Below, in pieces: positions 19,247 through 30,165 of a stretch of DNA of 64,000 nt (position 1 is its first letter; each line of letters opens with the position of its first letter). Position numbers and translations under genes: made by a program. The notes beneath the pieces were generated by a model. The model did not search any database. It was not told the origin of the DNA and worked only from the letters and a program-made list of their open reading frames with translations. The stretch covers positions 8,097 to 72,096 of the forward strand of contig QMZE01000001.1 in the NCBI GenBank assembly GCA_003663025.1. The letters run 5' to 3'. The stretch is from Archaeoglobales archaeon (lineage in GTDB: Archaea > Halobacteriota > Archaeoglobi > Archaeoglobales > Archaeoglobaceae).

Positions 19247-19894
19247 ATGCCAGGGATTGACGAGAAAACGGGACAGCCGATGATTGGGGATGACACTGAC
19301 TTCGAAGGGCCGAAGGATAATAGTCCGAGAGGAAGCACTGTACCTCGTAAAGCTGCGAAGATTGAGCAGACATTGAACGAGATGGATGAGTCCATACCTG
19401 ACGTAGAGGCAGCCCTGCGTGAGTCCACCCCGGAGGAACAGGCGCGGGAATACCGCGATAACCTTAAAGAGGTAGGTGTGACGCGCGAAGAAGCACTTAG
19501 TATCCAGGAGTCCGTAATGGTGGATGGGTACTACGAGGAGTCTTTTCTGGTAGGCAAGACTACAGTGGTACTGCGGAGCCGACTCTACTTGGACACCCAA
19601 CGAGTGTATCAGGCTTTGGAAGCCAGAGACCTCGCTCTTGCTGCAACCATACAGGACTTTGTCAGCAGGTATAACCTGGCAGCTTCTATTGTTAGTATCG
19701 GATCACGCAAATACCCCCATGTAGGAGATCCTCTCAACGCGCCTGAGTCGGAGTTTGACGAAGCTTTCGAGAAAAGATTACACATGATATCGCGTCTTCC
19801 AGAGTTTATGGCGTCTCGTCTAATGGAGTCGGTCTTCAAGTTTGACCGTAAGATGCGTGCGATCTTTGCGGAAGGTGCGCCCCAGGATTTTTAA
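19247..19894 (+). CDS. Putative tail assembly chaperone (G-like)
   Basis: AAGGAG SD; two ORFs upstream of the tape measure; ends at a GGATTTT slippery site. Confidence 0.6.
   Translation: MPGIDEKTGQPMIGDDTDFEGPKDNSPRGSTVPRKAAKIEQTLNEMDESIPDVEAALRESTPEEQAREYRDNLKEVGVTREEALSIQESVMVDGYYEESFLVGKTTVVLRSRLYLDTQRVYQALEARDLALAATIQDFVSRYNLAASIVSIGSRKYPHVGDPLNAPESEFDEAFEKRLHMISRLPEFMASRLMESVFKFDRKMRAIFAEGAPQDF
19885..19891 (+). other. Putative -1 ribosomal frameshift heptamer G_GAT_TTT
   Basis: Immediately before TAA of 19247-19894; -1 frame (TTA AAT TCG GCA ATG) runs into ORF 19903-20262. Confidence 0.65.
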
Positions 19895-19902
19895 ATTCGG
19901 CA

Positions 19903-20262
19903 ATGGGACACACGCGAGCGTATGCATATGTTCGCGGCTCACCGTTGCCGAAAGGCGGCTCATTTCAAGAACAGATGCTTTCGGAGACAATCCTTCGAGA
20001 GCGTAACGAGAAGTACACTCTTGTGTCCCTTTTTATTCGTCTGCTAGGACGCATGGCGGAGGTCAGACCTGATGACATAGATCATTTGTTAGAAACATAT
20101 AGGGAAGAGCTGTACCAGTTCAGGTATAATTCAGAGTATGTTACGTCACAACAAAAACGTAAACGTACAGATGCAGCCAATGAACGGGTACTAGCGCGAC
20201 AGTTTAAACGGCTTGATGATATGACTGTCACTGATGAGGACATACCGAATGAGGATGACTAA
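19903..20262 (+). CDS. Putative tail assembly chaperone C-terminal extension (T-like)
   Basis: In the -1 frame relative to the upstream ORF, no obvious SD, coupled to the tape measure. Confidence 0.55.
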   Translation: MGHTRAYAYVRGSPLPKGGSFQEQMLSETILRERNEKYTLVSLFIRLLGRMAEVRPDDIDHLLETYREELYQFRYNSEYVTSQQKRKRTDAANERVLARQFKRLDDMTVTDEDIPNEDD

Positions 20263-23200
20263 TGTCTAATGGTTACAACCCTATGCAGGCCAACCTGGGA
20301 TTGATGTCAGGGCAGGGTAGCCGCGTAATGACTCCTTCTGATATAGCCACGTCGTTGTCGCAGCAGGCAAGTGCCCAACTTTCACAGGCAGAGTCTATGT
20401 CTCCTGTAGCACGTGGAGGAGGCTCCTCGTTTAATTTTGGACAACAGTTTCAGGCCCAGCTTGGGCAGATACAGCAGCAGCAGTCTCTGGGAGTATACCA
20501 GGCTGCGATGATGGCCGGAGCTATGCCGGGAGCCCAGGGGTACTCGGGAGGGATGGTGCCTTCCCCGCTTACAATGACGCCTCCGTCCACGGGAGCGTTT
20601 CGACCTCCTGCTCCTCCTCCTATGATGGCACCTATCTCGCCTACACCAATTATGCCTGTAGCCAGTACACCACTTACTCCTCGAGCTCCAAGCCCTATAT
20701 TCCAGACTGCGTGGGATCAGGAAGTGCGGCAAAGAGAGGCGCGTGCAGACCAGTTGTTTGCATATCAGGCCCAGGCTCCCAGGGCTATTGGCCAAGGTGC
20801 GGGGTACGGTATTGGGGCGTTAGCGGGTGGAATGCTCGGGGCCAGGTTCGGAGGACTGGGAAAAATTGCAGGTGCAGCTATCGGAGCTGGAGCAGCTCAT
20901 TTTAGTGGAGCAGCTCAGGGGTTGGGAGATGTGTCGATGCTTCCGATGCAGTCTACTATTCAGGCGCATTCGATGGGTGCCGCTCTCCAACGCTCTTCTC
21001 AGGATTGGGTGGTAAGTGGCCCACAACTTCATCCGTTAGGAAGAGGGCTTAATCGAGGAGCGTCACAGCAGTTAGCGTCGGGAATACAGAGCATGGCTGA
21101 AGACTCTTCGTTCCAACAGTCTACTGGGGGAATGTTCAACCAGAAAGACCTGATGAAGATTACACAGCTTTCAGGGCAGGCTGGATTGATGGATATGGAG
21201 CAGAGTATCCCGGGAATACAGCAGAACCTGCGTAGAGTGAGTCAGGCGATAAGCAGTTTCATGGAGCTTACTAACCAGCCTGATGTTGTCACTGTAGTTA
21301 AACAGATGGGACAGCTACGGCAGTTAGGTTTTGGTGTGGATCAGATGGATGAAGCTGCACAGGGGATGCGTAGCTTCTCCAGAGCGGCAGGGACATCTAT
21401 ACAGGGTGCGATGCAGCAGTATGGAATGCCTGGAGCCATGACGTACCAGCAGGCAGGACTAATGGCCGGTCCAGGTATGCAGTATGGAATGTATTCAGGA
21501 GCTACAGCACGGCAAGGAGTGGCTGGAGGAGTATATAATACGCAACAGCTATCTATGCTTGGTGGCGTAGGTGGAATTGCTCAGCGTAATATGCAGGCAC
21601 AGGCAGCGATGTTGTCCATGCCTCTTTTTGGGGCTGCAGCAGGACAGTATGGTGCCGGTGGCTGGGGAATGAATGCGAATAGTCTGGCTCAGATGGGAAG
21701 TTCCGGAAGTGGCGGAGCCCAGGGGATGGTGTTGAACGCTGTTCAGAATATGGGTAACGCTGTCCAGAGTGGTGGGGTAGGTGCAATGGCCATGTTTGGG
21801 CTGCAACAGCGCCAGGTTCAATCTCAGGCAGCTAACGCTATGACCCCGTACGAGCAGACAGTAATGCGTTTCAGGATGGCACGGGAGACAGGACAAGGTT
21901 TAGGCCTGAAAGGTGCCGGCGCATTTGCAGTAGGAGCACAGTCTCTATTTGGGAAAGAAGTTGCTGAGCAGATGATGATAGAAGCTAGTGATCCCGATCA
22001 CTGGAGACAACAGCGGGATATGATTTCCCGACGACAAGAGGATATTTCTCGCCAACAGCGTGATGAGATACGGGAAGCTGCTCCTGGAATGTTTGGGCAG
22101 ATTGCGGGTGCTGTAACACCTAAAGACACTACTATGCGCAATGTTAAGGACGCTTGGTTACGTCCCTTCGGAAAGCTATCGCGCATAATAGGTGAAGGGA
22201 TGGATGACTCTAGTGATTTTAAACGTAGGAATTCGGCGTGGGAGGAAGGGCGCCTCTATTCTCGTACGCCTACAGAGTTTATTGCATCATCTAAGAGTGC
22301 GCGTAGGGCGCAGGAGCAGTGGGAAGCAGGCGCTACTGGGGAAATGTTGGGAGGAACAAAAGGTGTTGGGGGACTAGCACAGGCTGATCCGATACAGGCA
22401 TACCACGATGTTATGTCTTACCAGGATCGTCGTGGGCCTGAGGGAAGTGCGCACGTAGCTGGAGGGATGAGTGCGAAAGACATAGATCAAGGGATAGAAT
22501 TTGTGGGGACAGTGTTGGATTACGCTACTCCTGCAGGCTTGGCGTCAGCTGTCGGAGGATTTGATATGTCAGACATCTTGCGCCATACGTACGGTACAGG
22601 TTTGTCAGCGGCACACGGTAATCAGTATGTAAAAAAAGCGGGAGCCTTTGCGTCTGGGAGGACTTCCAAGACACGCCAGATGTTTAAAGGTATGGGAGGA
22701 GCTTCTCGTACAGGAGAAGCTTCCGCTGGAATGTATTCCAATTTGGAGAAGGCCTTTGGGCTTGAAGCAGGTACCGGCTTCCAAACGGTATCGGGTGTGG
22801 GTGCGCGGATTGGAGTAGCAGCTCGAGAGGGAGATAGTGTTTTTGGGGATGCATTTTCGGATCGCATCGACCAGGGCACCGCTCGAAATGCTGCTATTCA
22901 GGAGATGGCCGGCAGGTCTGGGAAGTCGATAGAAGAAGCGACAAGGATATATGACTCGTTATCGGAGCAGGATAGAGCGGGGTTTGAGAGTTTAGGCGTA
23001 AAAAATGCGTTAGAGACCGGAAGTGCAGAGACTAAAGAAGCTATTTCTCGTGCGCAAGAGCTGTCTCTAGGGTCAGAAGCGCGGCGTCAATCAGGGTATA
23101 CTCAGGCCGACATGAAGATGACTCAAATGAGGATGCGTAAGTTTGAGAGTGCACTTGGAATTCCTGAGGGAGAGCAGACCGAAAAATACCGAGAGTTTAC

Positions 23201-24011
23201 GAAGCAGGGAACGGGCAGTGAACTGATGATGGCAGCGCTTGAGTCCGGAGCAAATCTGACCGGAGAACAGCGTGAAGTGTTTGAGAGGATGGCCAGACAG
23301 AAGTTCATGAAAGAGCGTGGATTTGAGTCTACAACATCCAAAGAGTTCCAGGTAGCATTCAACAAGGCACAGTCGGACGTGGGCAAAGGCTACATGGGAG
23401 GCAAAGAGGTTTTTGATTCTGATGCCAGAACACGACTGCGGACTATACTGGAATCAAAAGGTATGCAGGAAAATGCACAACATGGTGCAGCGGCGTTAGC
23501 GGGACATCAGGTGCTGCAGCGTGGTCAGATATCTCAGGCGCAGCAGGCGGCGGCAGTGAGTAAGGTAATTAACCCGTTGATAGGGGGTACGGTTACAGGG
23601 GTGGATGATTTCGAGAGACTAGGCAAAGAAGACCTCTCTTCTCTTATCCGAGGAGGACATCGCGGGATAGTTGAGCAGGTAGCTGTCTTACAGGGACAAG
23701 GTAGTGCGGAGGAAAAAAGTGAAGCAAGGGCGAATATACAACGGATGCTCAGCTCTGCAGGTCAAGGGCTGGTAGAAGAGACAGAAGAAACGACGATTAG
23801 GAAGGGCATGGGACGTGAGTACTCAGATCTGCAGCGCTCACATAAAGCAGTCGGCGGTATAGGCGCAGAACTTGGCGAAGATTTCCGTCCTGCAGGGAAA
23901 GGCGTAGGAGCGTACTTTAACGAGGAAAGCACTAAGAACTTTAAGGAAGGTGCTGAAGCGCTAAACGAGGCTGCAAATGCGATGCAGGCCGCAGCATTGA
24001 GGGTACCATAA
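20262..24011 (+). CDS. Putative tape measure protein
   Basis: 1249 aa, Ala/Gly/Gln/Met-rich helical, glycine-zipper segments, follows the chaperone pair. Confidence 0.7.
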   Translation: MSNGYNPMQANLGLMSGQGSRVMTPSDIATSLSQQASAQLSQAESMSPVARGGGSSFNFGQQFQAQLGQIQQQQSLGVYQAAMMAGAMPGAQGYSGGMVPSPLTMTPPSTGAFRPPAPPPMMAPISPTPIMPVASTPLTPRAPSPIFQTAWDQEVRQREARADQLFAYQAQAPRAIGQGAGYGIGALAGGMLGARFGGLGKIAGAAIGAGAAHFSGAAQGLGDVSMLPMQSTIQAHSMGAALQRSSQDWVVSGPQLHPLGRGLNRGASQQLASGIQSMAEDSSFQQSTGGMFNQKDLMKITQLSGQAGLMDMEQSIPGIQQNLRRVSQAISSFMELTNQPDVVTVVKQMGQLRQLGFGVDQMDEAAQGMRSFSRAAGTSIQGAMQQYGMPGAMTYQQAGLMAGPGMQYGMYSGATARQGVAGGVYNTQQLSMLGGVGGIAQRNMQAQAAMLSMPLFGAAAGQYGAGGWGMNANSLAQMGSSGSGGAQGMVLNAVQNMGNAVQSGGVGAMAMFGLQQRQVQSQAANAMTPYEQTVMRFRMARETGQGLGLKGAGAFAVGAQSLFGKEVAEQMMIEASDPDHWRQQRDMISRRQEDISRQQRDEIREAAPGMFGQIAGAVTPKDTTMRNVKDAWLRPFGKLSRIIGEGMDDSSDFKRRNSAWEEGRLYSRTPTEFIASSKSARRAQEQWEAGATGEMLGGTKGVGGLAQADPIQAYHDVMSYQDRRGPEGSAHVAGGMSAKDIDQGIEFVGTVLDYATPAGLASAVGGFDMSDILRHTYGTGLSAAHGNQYVKKAGAFASGRTSKTRQMFKGMGGASRTGEASAGMYSNLEKAFGLEAGTGFQTVSGVGARIGVAAREGDSVFGDAFSDRIDQGTARNAAIQEMAGRSGKSIEEATRIYDSLSEQDRAGFESLGVKNALETGSAETKEAISRAQELSLGSEARRQSGYTQADMKMTQMRMRKFESALGIPEGEQTEKYREFTKQGTGSELMMAALESGANLTGEQREVFERMARQKFMKERGFESTTSKEFQVAFNKAQSDVGKGYMGGKEVFDSDARTRLRTILESKGMQENAQHGAAALAGHQVLQRGQISQAQQAAAVSKVINPLIGGTVTGVDDFERLGKEDLSSLIRGGHRGIVEQVAVLQGQGSAEEKSEARANIQRMLSSAGQGLVEETEETTIRKGMGREYSDLQRSHKAVGGIGAELGEDFRPAGKGVGAYFNEESTKNFKEGAEALNEAANAMQAAALRVP

Positions 24012-24244
24012 TGACAGTTACAACATTGACACGTACACCCCGCAAACACCAGATCCCACCTCGGGCTGAGGCATGGATTCGGTATATAAACGACTCTTTA
24101 CTCCGTAATGTTTCTTTGGGAGAAGACGCCACTTCTGTTATTCTTCCTCCACTGGTAGAGAGAGCGTATATGCTTCTTAACGAGACCACACCCCTGGACA
24201 CTGAGCTGTACCCCGAAGGTACACCGTTCAGAAGGAGACAGTAG
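24011..24244 (+). CDS. Hypothetical protein
   Basis: TAATG-coupled small ORF. Confidence 0.5.
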   Translation: MTVTTLTRTPRKHQIPPRAEAWIRYINDSLLRNVSLGEDATSVILPPLVERAYMLLNETTPLDTELYPEGTPFRRRQ

Positions 24245-25279
24245 ATGCCTAAAGCTTCACCTCCAATAGTACCGTTGGATTCGGGCATAATAGACAGGCT
24301 TCGAGCCATTAACAGTGGCGCTTCTGAGGAAGAGGCCAACGACATTTTAGCAGATGAACGCATAACGTGGGATGCAGCTAAGTTGTATTTGGACGGGTCT
24401 AACAAAAATTCAGGACGAGATCCGTATGCGCAGGGAGTGTTCGCTGGTTGGCCTGCGATGACCCCCAAGTATATGCGGCACGTCCAGGGACGTAGTGCTG
24501 GGGCACAGACGACGATGGCGCGTATGTATGTGAAGGCGCGACTAGGTAAAGGGTCGAGTGCTGCGGCGAAAAAGTACAAACGTTTCTCGGCTTTGCTTGA
24601 TTCTTTTCCAGAGCCGGGCACCCAAGAGATCGCCTCTATTCTTATGGGTGACGGGTCAGAGGTTGGAGGGTTAGGTTATTTTGATTTTTTCTTACAACGT
24701 GTAGACCATCCTATTCATGAGAAATTTCAGGTAGTGGAGACTCTTTCGGATAACTATGTAGCGTTCTTCTTTGGGCAGCAGGCACCAGTGTTTAGCTATT
24801 CTGGTGTGGTGATGAATACCTACCAGGATGATTGGGCTATGCGCCTTTTACGAATGTTCAGGGACATTACCCGGGGATCACAGTTAGCCCGGAGAGGACT
24901 GCTTTTCTATATTAAGTATGATTCTATGATTGTTTCCGGCGCTATGATGAATCTCCATTTTACGATAAACGCATCTACGGAGACAGCAGTACCTTTCTCA
25001 TTCCAGCTGTTAGTCAAGAAAGTACATATTGTACAGGGAGGAATAGCACCTCCTACTATGGCACCGGAAGGCGACACTTTTATTCCTGAGAACTATCAGC
25101 TTGTAGAGACTAAGTATACAAAGTTGACACCTAAGGTATCTAAGCCTTCAGGAGAGAATGTGACAGGAGGGACAGTCCAAACGCCTGCTGCAGGGGGTGA
25201 TTCAGGCGAAATTGAAGCTTACGTTTACGATGACAGTCCGACTTTCATGGATGGTGCGTACGCACCCTTTAGCGATTAA
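24245..25279 (+). CDS. Putative tail-tube initiator / baseplate protein
   Basis: Position after the tape measure; beta-strand tube-like segment (EKFQVVET..FFFGQ..PVFSYSG); function inferred. Confidence 0.4.
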   Translation: MPKASPPIVPLDSGIIDRLRAINSGASEEEANDILADERITWDAAKLYLDGSNKNSGRDPYAQGVFAGWPAMTPKYMRHVQGRSAGAQTTMARMYVKARLGKGSSAAAKKYKRFSALLDSFPEPGTQEIASILMGDGSEVGGLGYFDFFLQRVDHPIHEKFQVVETLSDNYVAFFFGQQAPVFSYSGVVMNTYQDDWAMRLLRMFRDITRGSQLARRGLLFYIKYDSMIVSGAMMNLHFTINASTETAVPFSFQLLVKKVHIVQGGIAPPTMAPEGDTFIPENYQLVETKYTKLTPKVSKPSGENVTGGTVQTPAAGGDSGEIEAYVYDDSPTFMDGAYAPFSD

Positions 25280-25361
25280 AGATACATATGGAAGGATTTA
25301 TAAGTACGGACAACAAAAAAACATGCACTTTCTCGTATCATTGTGTGAGGAGTATACGTAG

Positions 25362-26885
25362 ATGGCTAATGCGGCTAATTTTAGAATAAACCAACTCTCT
25401 GCAGGTACGTACGGCTTAGCTCGGCGGGACATACTGCCTACAACGTTGGCCGGAGTTCCAGCCCAGTTTGAAGCCCTCAATCCAGGGCTCACGTACTTGT
25501 GGGAAATAATTCAGCCTCCCGGATCAACGGCTACAATAGCGACACCTAATGCCCAGACAACCACCTGCAACGTTGAAAGCCGTGGCGGTTACGTCGTAAA
25601 GCTGACTGTAAATTTCGGCCTCCCGACCGAAGATGTATGTCTTATCTACATAGGGCTTGCGTACAGCACGAGCGGGTTATGTGGCCCAGCGCTCAACGAG
25701 ACTATCGAAGATAATAGCCTGGGTACTCCCGAGTATGGTTGGGGTGAAAAGTTTCTTGTGTGGATGGCATGGGTAGAAGCCAATATTGGAGGAGGCTCTG
25801 GAGGGTTAAACTGGGGAGTCAGCGAGAAGGCCAGCAGTTACTCCGTACAGTCAACAGATAAGTACAGTATTTTCATTTCAAATCCTGCGGTAGCCACCGA
25901 TGTTACGTTTACGCTCCCTTCTCTGGCGTCCGTTCCCAACTTAGGTGACCCGTATTTCTTCTATCGAGGAGGCGACAGCACTGTAGGGAATGTCATAATT
26001 ACTACGCCTGACGGTGTTTTAGCGGAATCAGGAGCATTAGAAGCTTTCCAGTCGTCTAAGCTGCAATGTACCAACCCGGGAGGAGGGATTCGAGTAGAGC
26101 TGCTTTCCATTGCGGGAGGGATACCTCTATGGGGATGCTTCCCTCTTAGCGGTGAGTGGTACGATCCTGATATTTATGGTGCGATACATGACGCATCTTG
26201 GGATATTCTTCCTGTTCGAGTGGATGATGATAAGTATTTTTCTAAGAGTGGGGAGAGCCCCTTTGGGTACGGCACAGGCGGACCTACTGCAGTTCGGTTA
26301 GGCCATCAGTATGCGCTCGCCCAGGGCATGTTCTCATTCGCACACGGTGACCAGTGTGACGCGCAGGATGCGTTCAGTTCTGCTACCGGACGCGGTGGGT
26401 GGGCACACTGGGATGCAGCCAAAGCACATGCGGCAGGATTTAAGTTAGACATTACAGGCCTTCCTATGCGGGGAAGCATGCAAATGGTGGACGTACCGAT
26501 TTACGGTTACGCCGTAAGCACTGACTCTGCTGCTGTGTACGTAACAAATAAGGGGCGTGAGACGGTAGCTGCGTCTATCGATCTGGAGCTTGGAAGTCAG
26601 CGGGCGTACGTAGGGCAGGTGTATTTGGTGGGAAAAGAGCAGAGCGCCGTTATTCCGGCAGTAGCTGCGTATATTATGGACTTTGTGATCGATGATAATA
26701 GGCTTGTAGGCAAGAACATCCTGCAGGTAGGGCGAGACACTAACGCTCATATCGATGACTGGGATGTAGACCTGGATATTGTTGGAACGGATAAGCTAGG
26801 TATTTCCGTAGAAGTGGATGATGGCACGGTGTGGTGGAGTGGCCGCATTATGCTTTCTGAGATGTACGCTGAAGATCGACCGTAG
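25362..26885 (+). CDS. Virion structural protein (PKD/Ig-like N-terminus)
   Basis: TYLWEIIQPPGS...GYVVKLTV PKD-like motif; fibre-like C-terminus; GAGGAG SD. Confidence 0.6.
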   Translation: MANAANFRINQLSAGTYGLARRDILPTTLAGVPAQFEALNPGLTYLWEIIQPPGSTATIATPNAQTTTCNVESRGGYVVKLTVNFGLPTEDVCLIYIGLAYSTSGLCGPALNETIEDNSLGTPEYGWGEKFLVWMAWVEANIGGGSGGLNWGVSEKASSYSVQSTDKYSIFISNPAVATDVTFTLPSLASVPNLGDPYFFYRGGDSTVGNVIITTPDGVLAESGALEAFQSSKLQCTNPGGGIRVELLSIAGGIPLWGCFPLSGEWYDPDIYGAIHDASWDILPVRVDDDKYFSKSGESPFGYGTGGPTAVRLGHQYALAQGMFSFAHGDQCDAQDAFSSATGRGGWAHWDAAKAHAAGFKLDITGLPMRGSMQMVDVPIYGYAVSTDSAAVYVTNKGRETVAASIDLELGSQRAYVGQVYLVGKEQSAVIPAVAAYIMDFVIDDNRLVGKNILQVGRDTNAHIDDWDVDLDIVGTDKLGISVEVDDGTVWWSGRIMLSEMYAEDRP

Positions 26886-26973
26886 TACTTGCCGTTCTGT
26901 TCGGCTCTCCCTATATTTTTGAATAAGAATACCTCGTAACTGTGTGCCATGAGCCGCAAGGAGAAGATACGCT

Positions 26974-29900
26974 ATGTCATTACATTGGAAAACAAACGGA
27001 GATATCTCCTTTAACGATGCCAACTTTGCAGGAGGATACACTCAGTTAGGTGACGCTTTCGCGATGTCTAACGGTACATCCGGAGGCAGTTTTGGCAGGC
27101 TGGACACTGCACTAGGCGCACAGTCTTTCTTCGATAATGCGTATTACGATATCGGAGACATCCTGTCTGAGCTCGTCAACGAGGTAGACACGATTGCTTC
27201 TGCTTCAGGCGAAGCGAATACTGCCAGCAATGCAGGCACAGGTGTATCTCTGTATTACCAGAAAGCAGGGGTAGACTTAGAGTTCAACGGTATCAAGTCC
27301 GAGAACAATATGCTGAGCTGCACTCTGGATGCGGGGACACACGACATTGAGCTTACAGTTAATGTGGGAAATATCGACCATGGAAGTTTGAACGCCACTT
27401 CACTGACTCACGATGACCACACAATTTACTCTCTGGCTGATGGCTCCAGAGACTACAGTGCGGCTGTTGAGTACGATGCGGACTACAGCGGTACGTACAC
27501 TGATCGCAGTTTGGTTGACAAAGGATACGTCGATGCTGTTGCAGCGGGACTCCATCCGAAAGCAGCTGTTCGAGTAGCGACAACTGCCGACTTAGCGGCG
27601 TACACCAAGACAGGTACCGGCGTAGGCGCATACCTTGAGGCTGATGCGAATGGTTCGATTAATACCCCTGGTATTGACGGAATTACTGATCTTGCAGCAG
27701 GCGACCGCATTTTATTTAAGAATGCAGCTGCCGGAGCTGAAACTGCAGACGCAGACAACGGACTCTACGAGGTCACCGTAGTAGGTACTGCAGGTACTCC
27801 TTGGAGAATTACACGTACTACAGACTTTGACGGATCGCCAGCCAGTGAGGTTCAGGGCGGTGATTTCATGTTCGTACAGGAAGGTACCGCTAATGCAGAT
27901 TCCGGTTGGGTACTGGTCACTGACGGTACGATCACGGTAGACACGACAGCACTGCAGTTCACACAGTTTTCCGGTGCTGGTCAGATTTCTGCAGGTACAG
28001 GCCTGACTAAAGACGGCAATACGATTCACATAGGTGATGGTTCCACCGGAGACATTGGCGGTATCAACCGTACAGCCAGTGACATCTCAGTAGCAGTAGA
28101 CGGCAGTACGATGCAGGTCACAGGAAATCAGATCGCAATTGACACCTGGACACTTGACGACGCGTATACGAGCGGTTCCGATGCAAACGTGGGAGTAGAC
28201 TCCTACAGCGTGGATTGGCAGCTTGCAGGCACATCCTATGCGTTCCAAATTACATCCACAAATGACACCGTAAGCTTTACTGGTGATGGTGGTGGCGATA
28301 TTGATGCCGTAATGAATGTTCAAAGTTTGGACGTAGACACTACGGGTGTAATTTCTCTGGACACGGTATATGATGACGCTTCCGCCGTTAGTATCACCAC
28401 TAATGGAGGCACTAAAGAGCGCGTCACTGTTACAAATACCCAAGGGGATAATAATCTGGCTATCGGACTTATTGCTCCGGCAGGAGGTATTACGCTAGAC
28501 GCAAACAAGGTATATCTTACGTCAGACACGGATACTACCTGGGAGCTTTCAGCGGATGAGGCTACGTCTCATACGATGGTAATCACTTCGACTAATGTCG
28601 GAGCAGGGACCGCAGTGCTCGATGTTAATGTAGATGATGCGATTACGATTGATTCCACTAATGCCGGTATATCGTTGGATGCAGCGGGAGCTTCAAACTT
28701 CACAACTTCCTCAGGGAACCTTGCTCTTAGTGCTTCCTCCATATTGGATCTTGACGGTGGGTCGGACGTTACAATTAACGCGGGAGGCTCTGTATACGCC
28801 GTAGCAACTTCTGGTGTTCAGCTAACAGGTCCTGCAGGTATTAATCTTGCTACCACTAATCAGGAGCTTGATATCAGTACTGGAACGGGCGCAGTAGACA
28901 TTAATAGTGGTGCGTTTACAGTAGATGCTGGTGGAGCTTCGCACATCAACACTGCTAGTGCAAATCTTACGCTAAGCACTACTACAGCAGGCAATTTGGT
29001 CCTCAACAGTGCGGCGGGCATCACATTCACAGACGGGAACTGGGACGGCACTACTGATCCTATCCCCTTCACGGATGGAAGTTCCACTAACTTCAGTGCA
29101 TTCTCTACTCCGCCTCTTTCGTTGGTGCACGCCATCAACCTGGCGTACGCTGCTGGTGGCGCAGCTAACAGTTTGCAGGAGGTGTATACGGCTGACGACA
29201 ACACCGTGACTATGACAGCAGCTATCGGAACGGTAGCGTGGACGGGTGCAGCAAACCAAAACAGTGAGATAATGACGTTTTCACAGCTCGACACCACGAA
29301 TGATCCTGACGTCATCCTGATCACCAATGCAGGTACAGGAGCTTCGATTGAGTTGGCGGGTGCAGGTACTCGATCCATCAACTCCGCAAGTGCTAACCTG
29401 GCACTTACTACGACTACCTCAGGCGCAATCACAGCTGATTCAGCGGGCGCAATCTCGTTGGATGCAGCAGCAGCCTCGAACTTCACTACCTCTGCAGGAG
29501 CACTCACTCTGGACGGTGCTGGCGGCATCTCTCTTGTAGGTAATGCTGCAGAGATAGATCTCACTACTACAGGCGCTATTGACCTCAACAGTGCCGCGGG
29601 TAGCTGGACAGCGACTGCTGGATTGGCATTCGCAGCCACAGACGATATTGATTTTGATGCTGACGTATATAACTTCGGCACAACAGCTGCTGGAGTATGG
29701 GAAGACTCCGTTACTGTATCCGCAGGCAACGTAGACAGTCAGCTTGCTCAGGCCAGCATGACACATGCTGGGGTACAGACTTCTGGCGCCGCGTTTACGC
29801 GCTTAACTGCAGGTACTTCAGAGCTCATTATGGGTGCACAACACAAGACCATGGCAGGGCGCGTAGTGGTTATCGGGATGAAGGAAGGCGACACGGAAGT

Positions 29901-30141
29901 AATCGGATACATCATTGACTTCGTAGCTGAAGCAGCTTCTATCGCTACTGGAGCCGCTGTAATCCACGGGTACAATGTGACGGAGATCGCAAACGCCGGC
30001 ACAACTTCTGCTTGGGACGCTCAGGTTGTCGGTGCTGCTGATGGCAGTAACTGGGGACGTGTAGAGATTCAGGTTAAGGGTGAAGCTGATGTAAGCTGGT
30101 CTGCTAACATGCAGACTTCGGAAGTAGTAGTATCGTCTTAG
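26974..30141 (+). CDS. Long tail fibre protein
   Basis: DKGYVD, KAAVRVATTA...GDRIL...DNGLY...TR..DFD...FVQEGT.N...W..T...L.F.QF fibre module; G/A/T/S-rich beta repeats. Confidence 0.75.
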   Translation: MSLHWKTNGDISFNDANFAGGYTQLGDAFAMSNGTSGGSFGRLDTALGAQSFFDNAYYDIGDILSELVNEVDTIASASGEANTASNAGTGVSLYYQKAGVDLEFNGIKSENNMLSCTLDAGTHDIELTVNVGNIDHGSLNATSLTHDDHTIYSLADGSRDYSAAVEYDADYSGTYTDRSLVDKGYVDAVAAGLHPKAAVRVATTADLAAYTKTGTGVGAYLEADANGSINTPGIDGITDLAAGDRILFKNAAAGAETADADNGLYEVTVVGTAGTPWRITRTTDFDGSPASEVQGGDFMFVQEGTANADSGWVLVTDGTITVDTTALQFTQFSGAGQISAGTGLTKDGNTIHIGDGSTGDIGGINRTASDISVAVDGSTMQVTGNQIAIDTWTLDDAYTSGSDANVGVDSYSVDWQLAGTSYAFQITSTNDTVSFTGDGGGDIDAVMNVQSLDVDTTGVISLDTVYDDASAVSITTNGGTKERVTVTNTQGDNNLAIGLIAPAGGITLDANKVYLTSDTDTTWELSADEATSHTMVITSTNVGAGTAVLDVNVDDAITIDSTNAGISLDAAGASNFTTSSGNLALSASSILDLDGGSDVTINAGGSVYAVATSGVQLTGPAGINLATTNQELDISTGTGAVDINSGAFTVDAGGASHINTASANLTLSTTTAGNLVLNSAAGITFTDGNWDGTTDPIPFTDGSSTNFSAFSTPPLSLVHAINLAYAAGGAANSLQEVYTADDNTVTMTAAIGTVAWTGAANQNSEIMTFSQLDTTNDPDVILITNAGTGASIELAGAGTRSINSASANLALTTTTSGAITADSAGAISLDAAAASNFTTSAGALTLDGAGGISLVGNAAEIDLTTTGAIDLNSAAGSWTATAGLAFAATDDIDFDADVYNFGTTAAGVWEDSVTVSAGNVDSQLAQASMTHAGVQTSGAAFTRLTAGTSELIMGAQHKTMAGRVVVIGMKEGDTEVIGYIIDFVAEAASIATGAAVIHGYNVTEIANAGTTSAWDAQVVGAADGSNWGRVEIQVKGEADVSWSANMQTSEVVVSS

Positions 30142-30165
30142 AAGTGATATTTCTTAGTTAGGATT

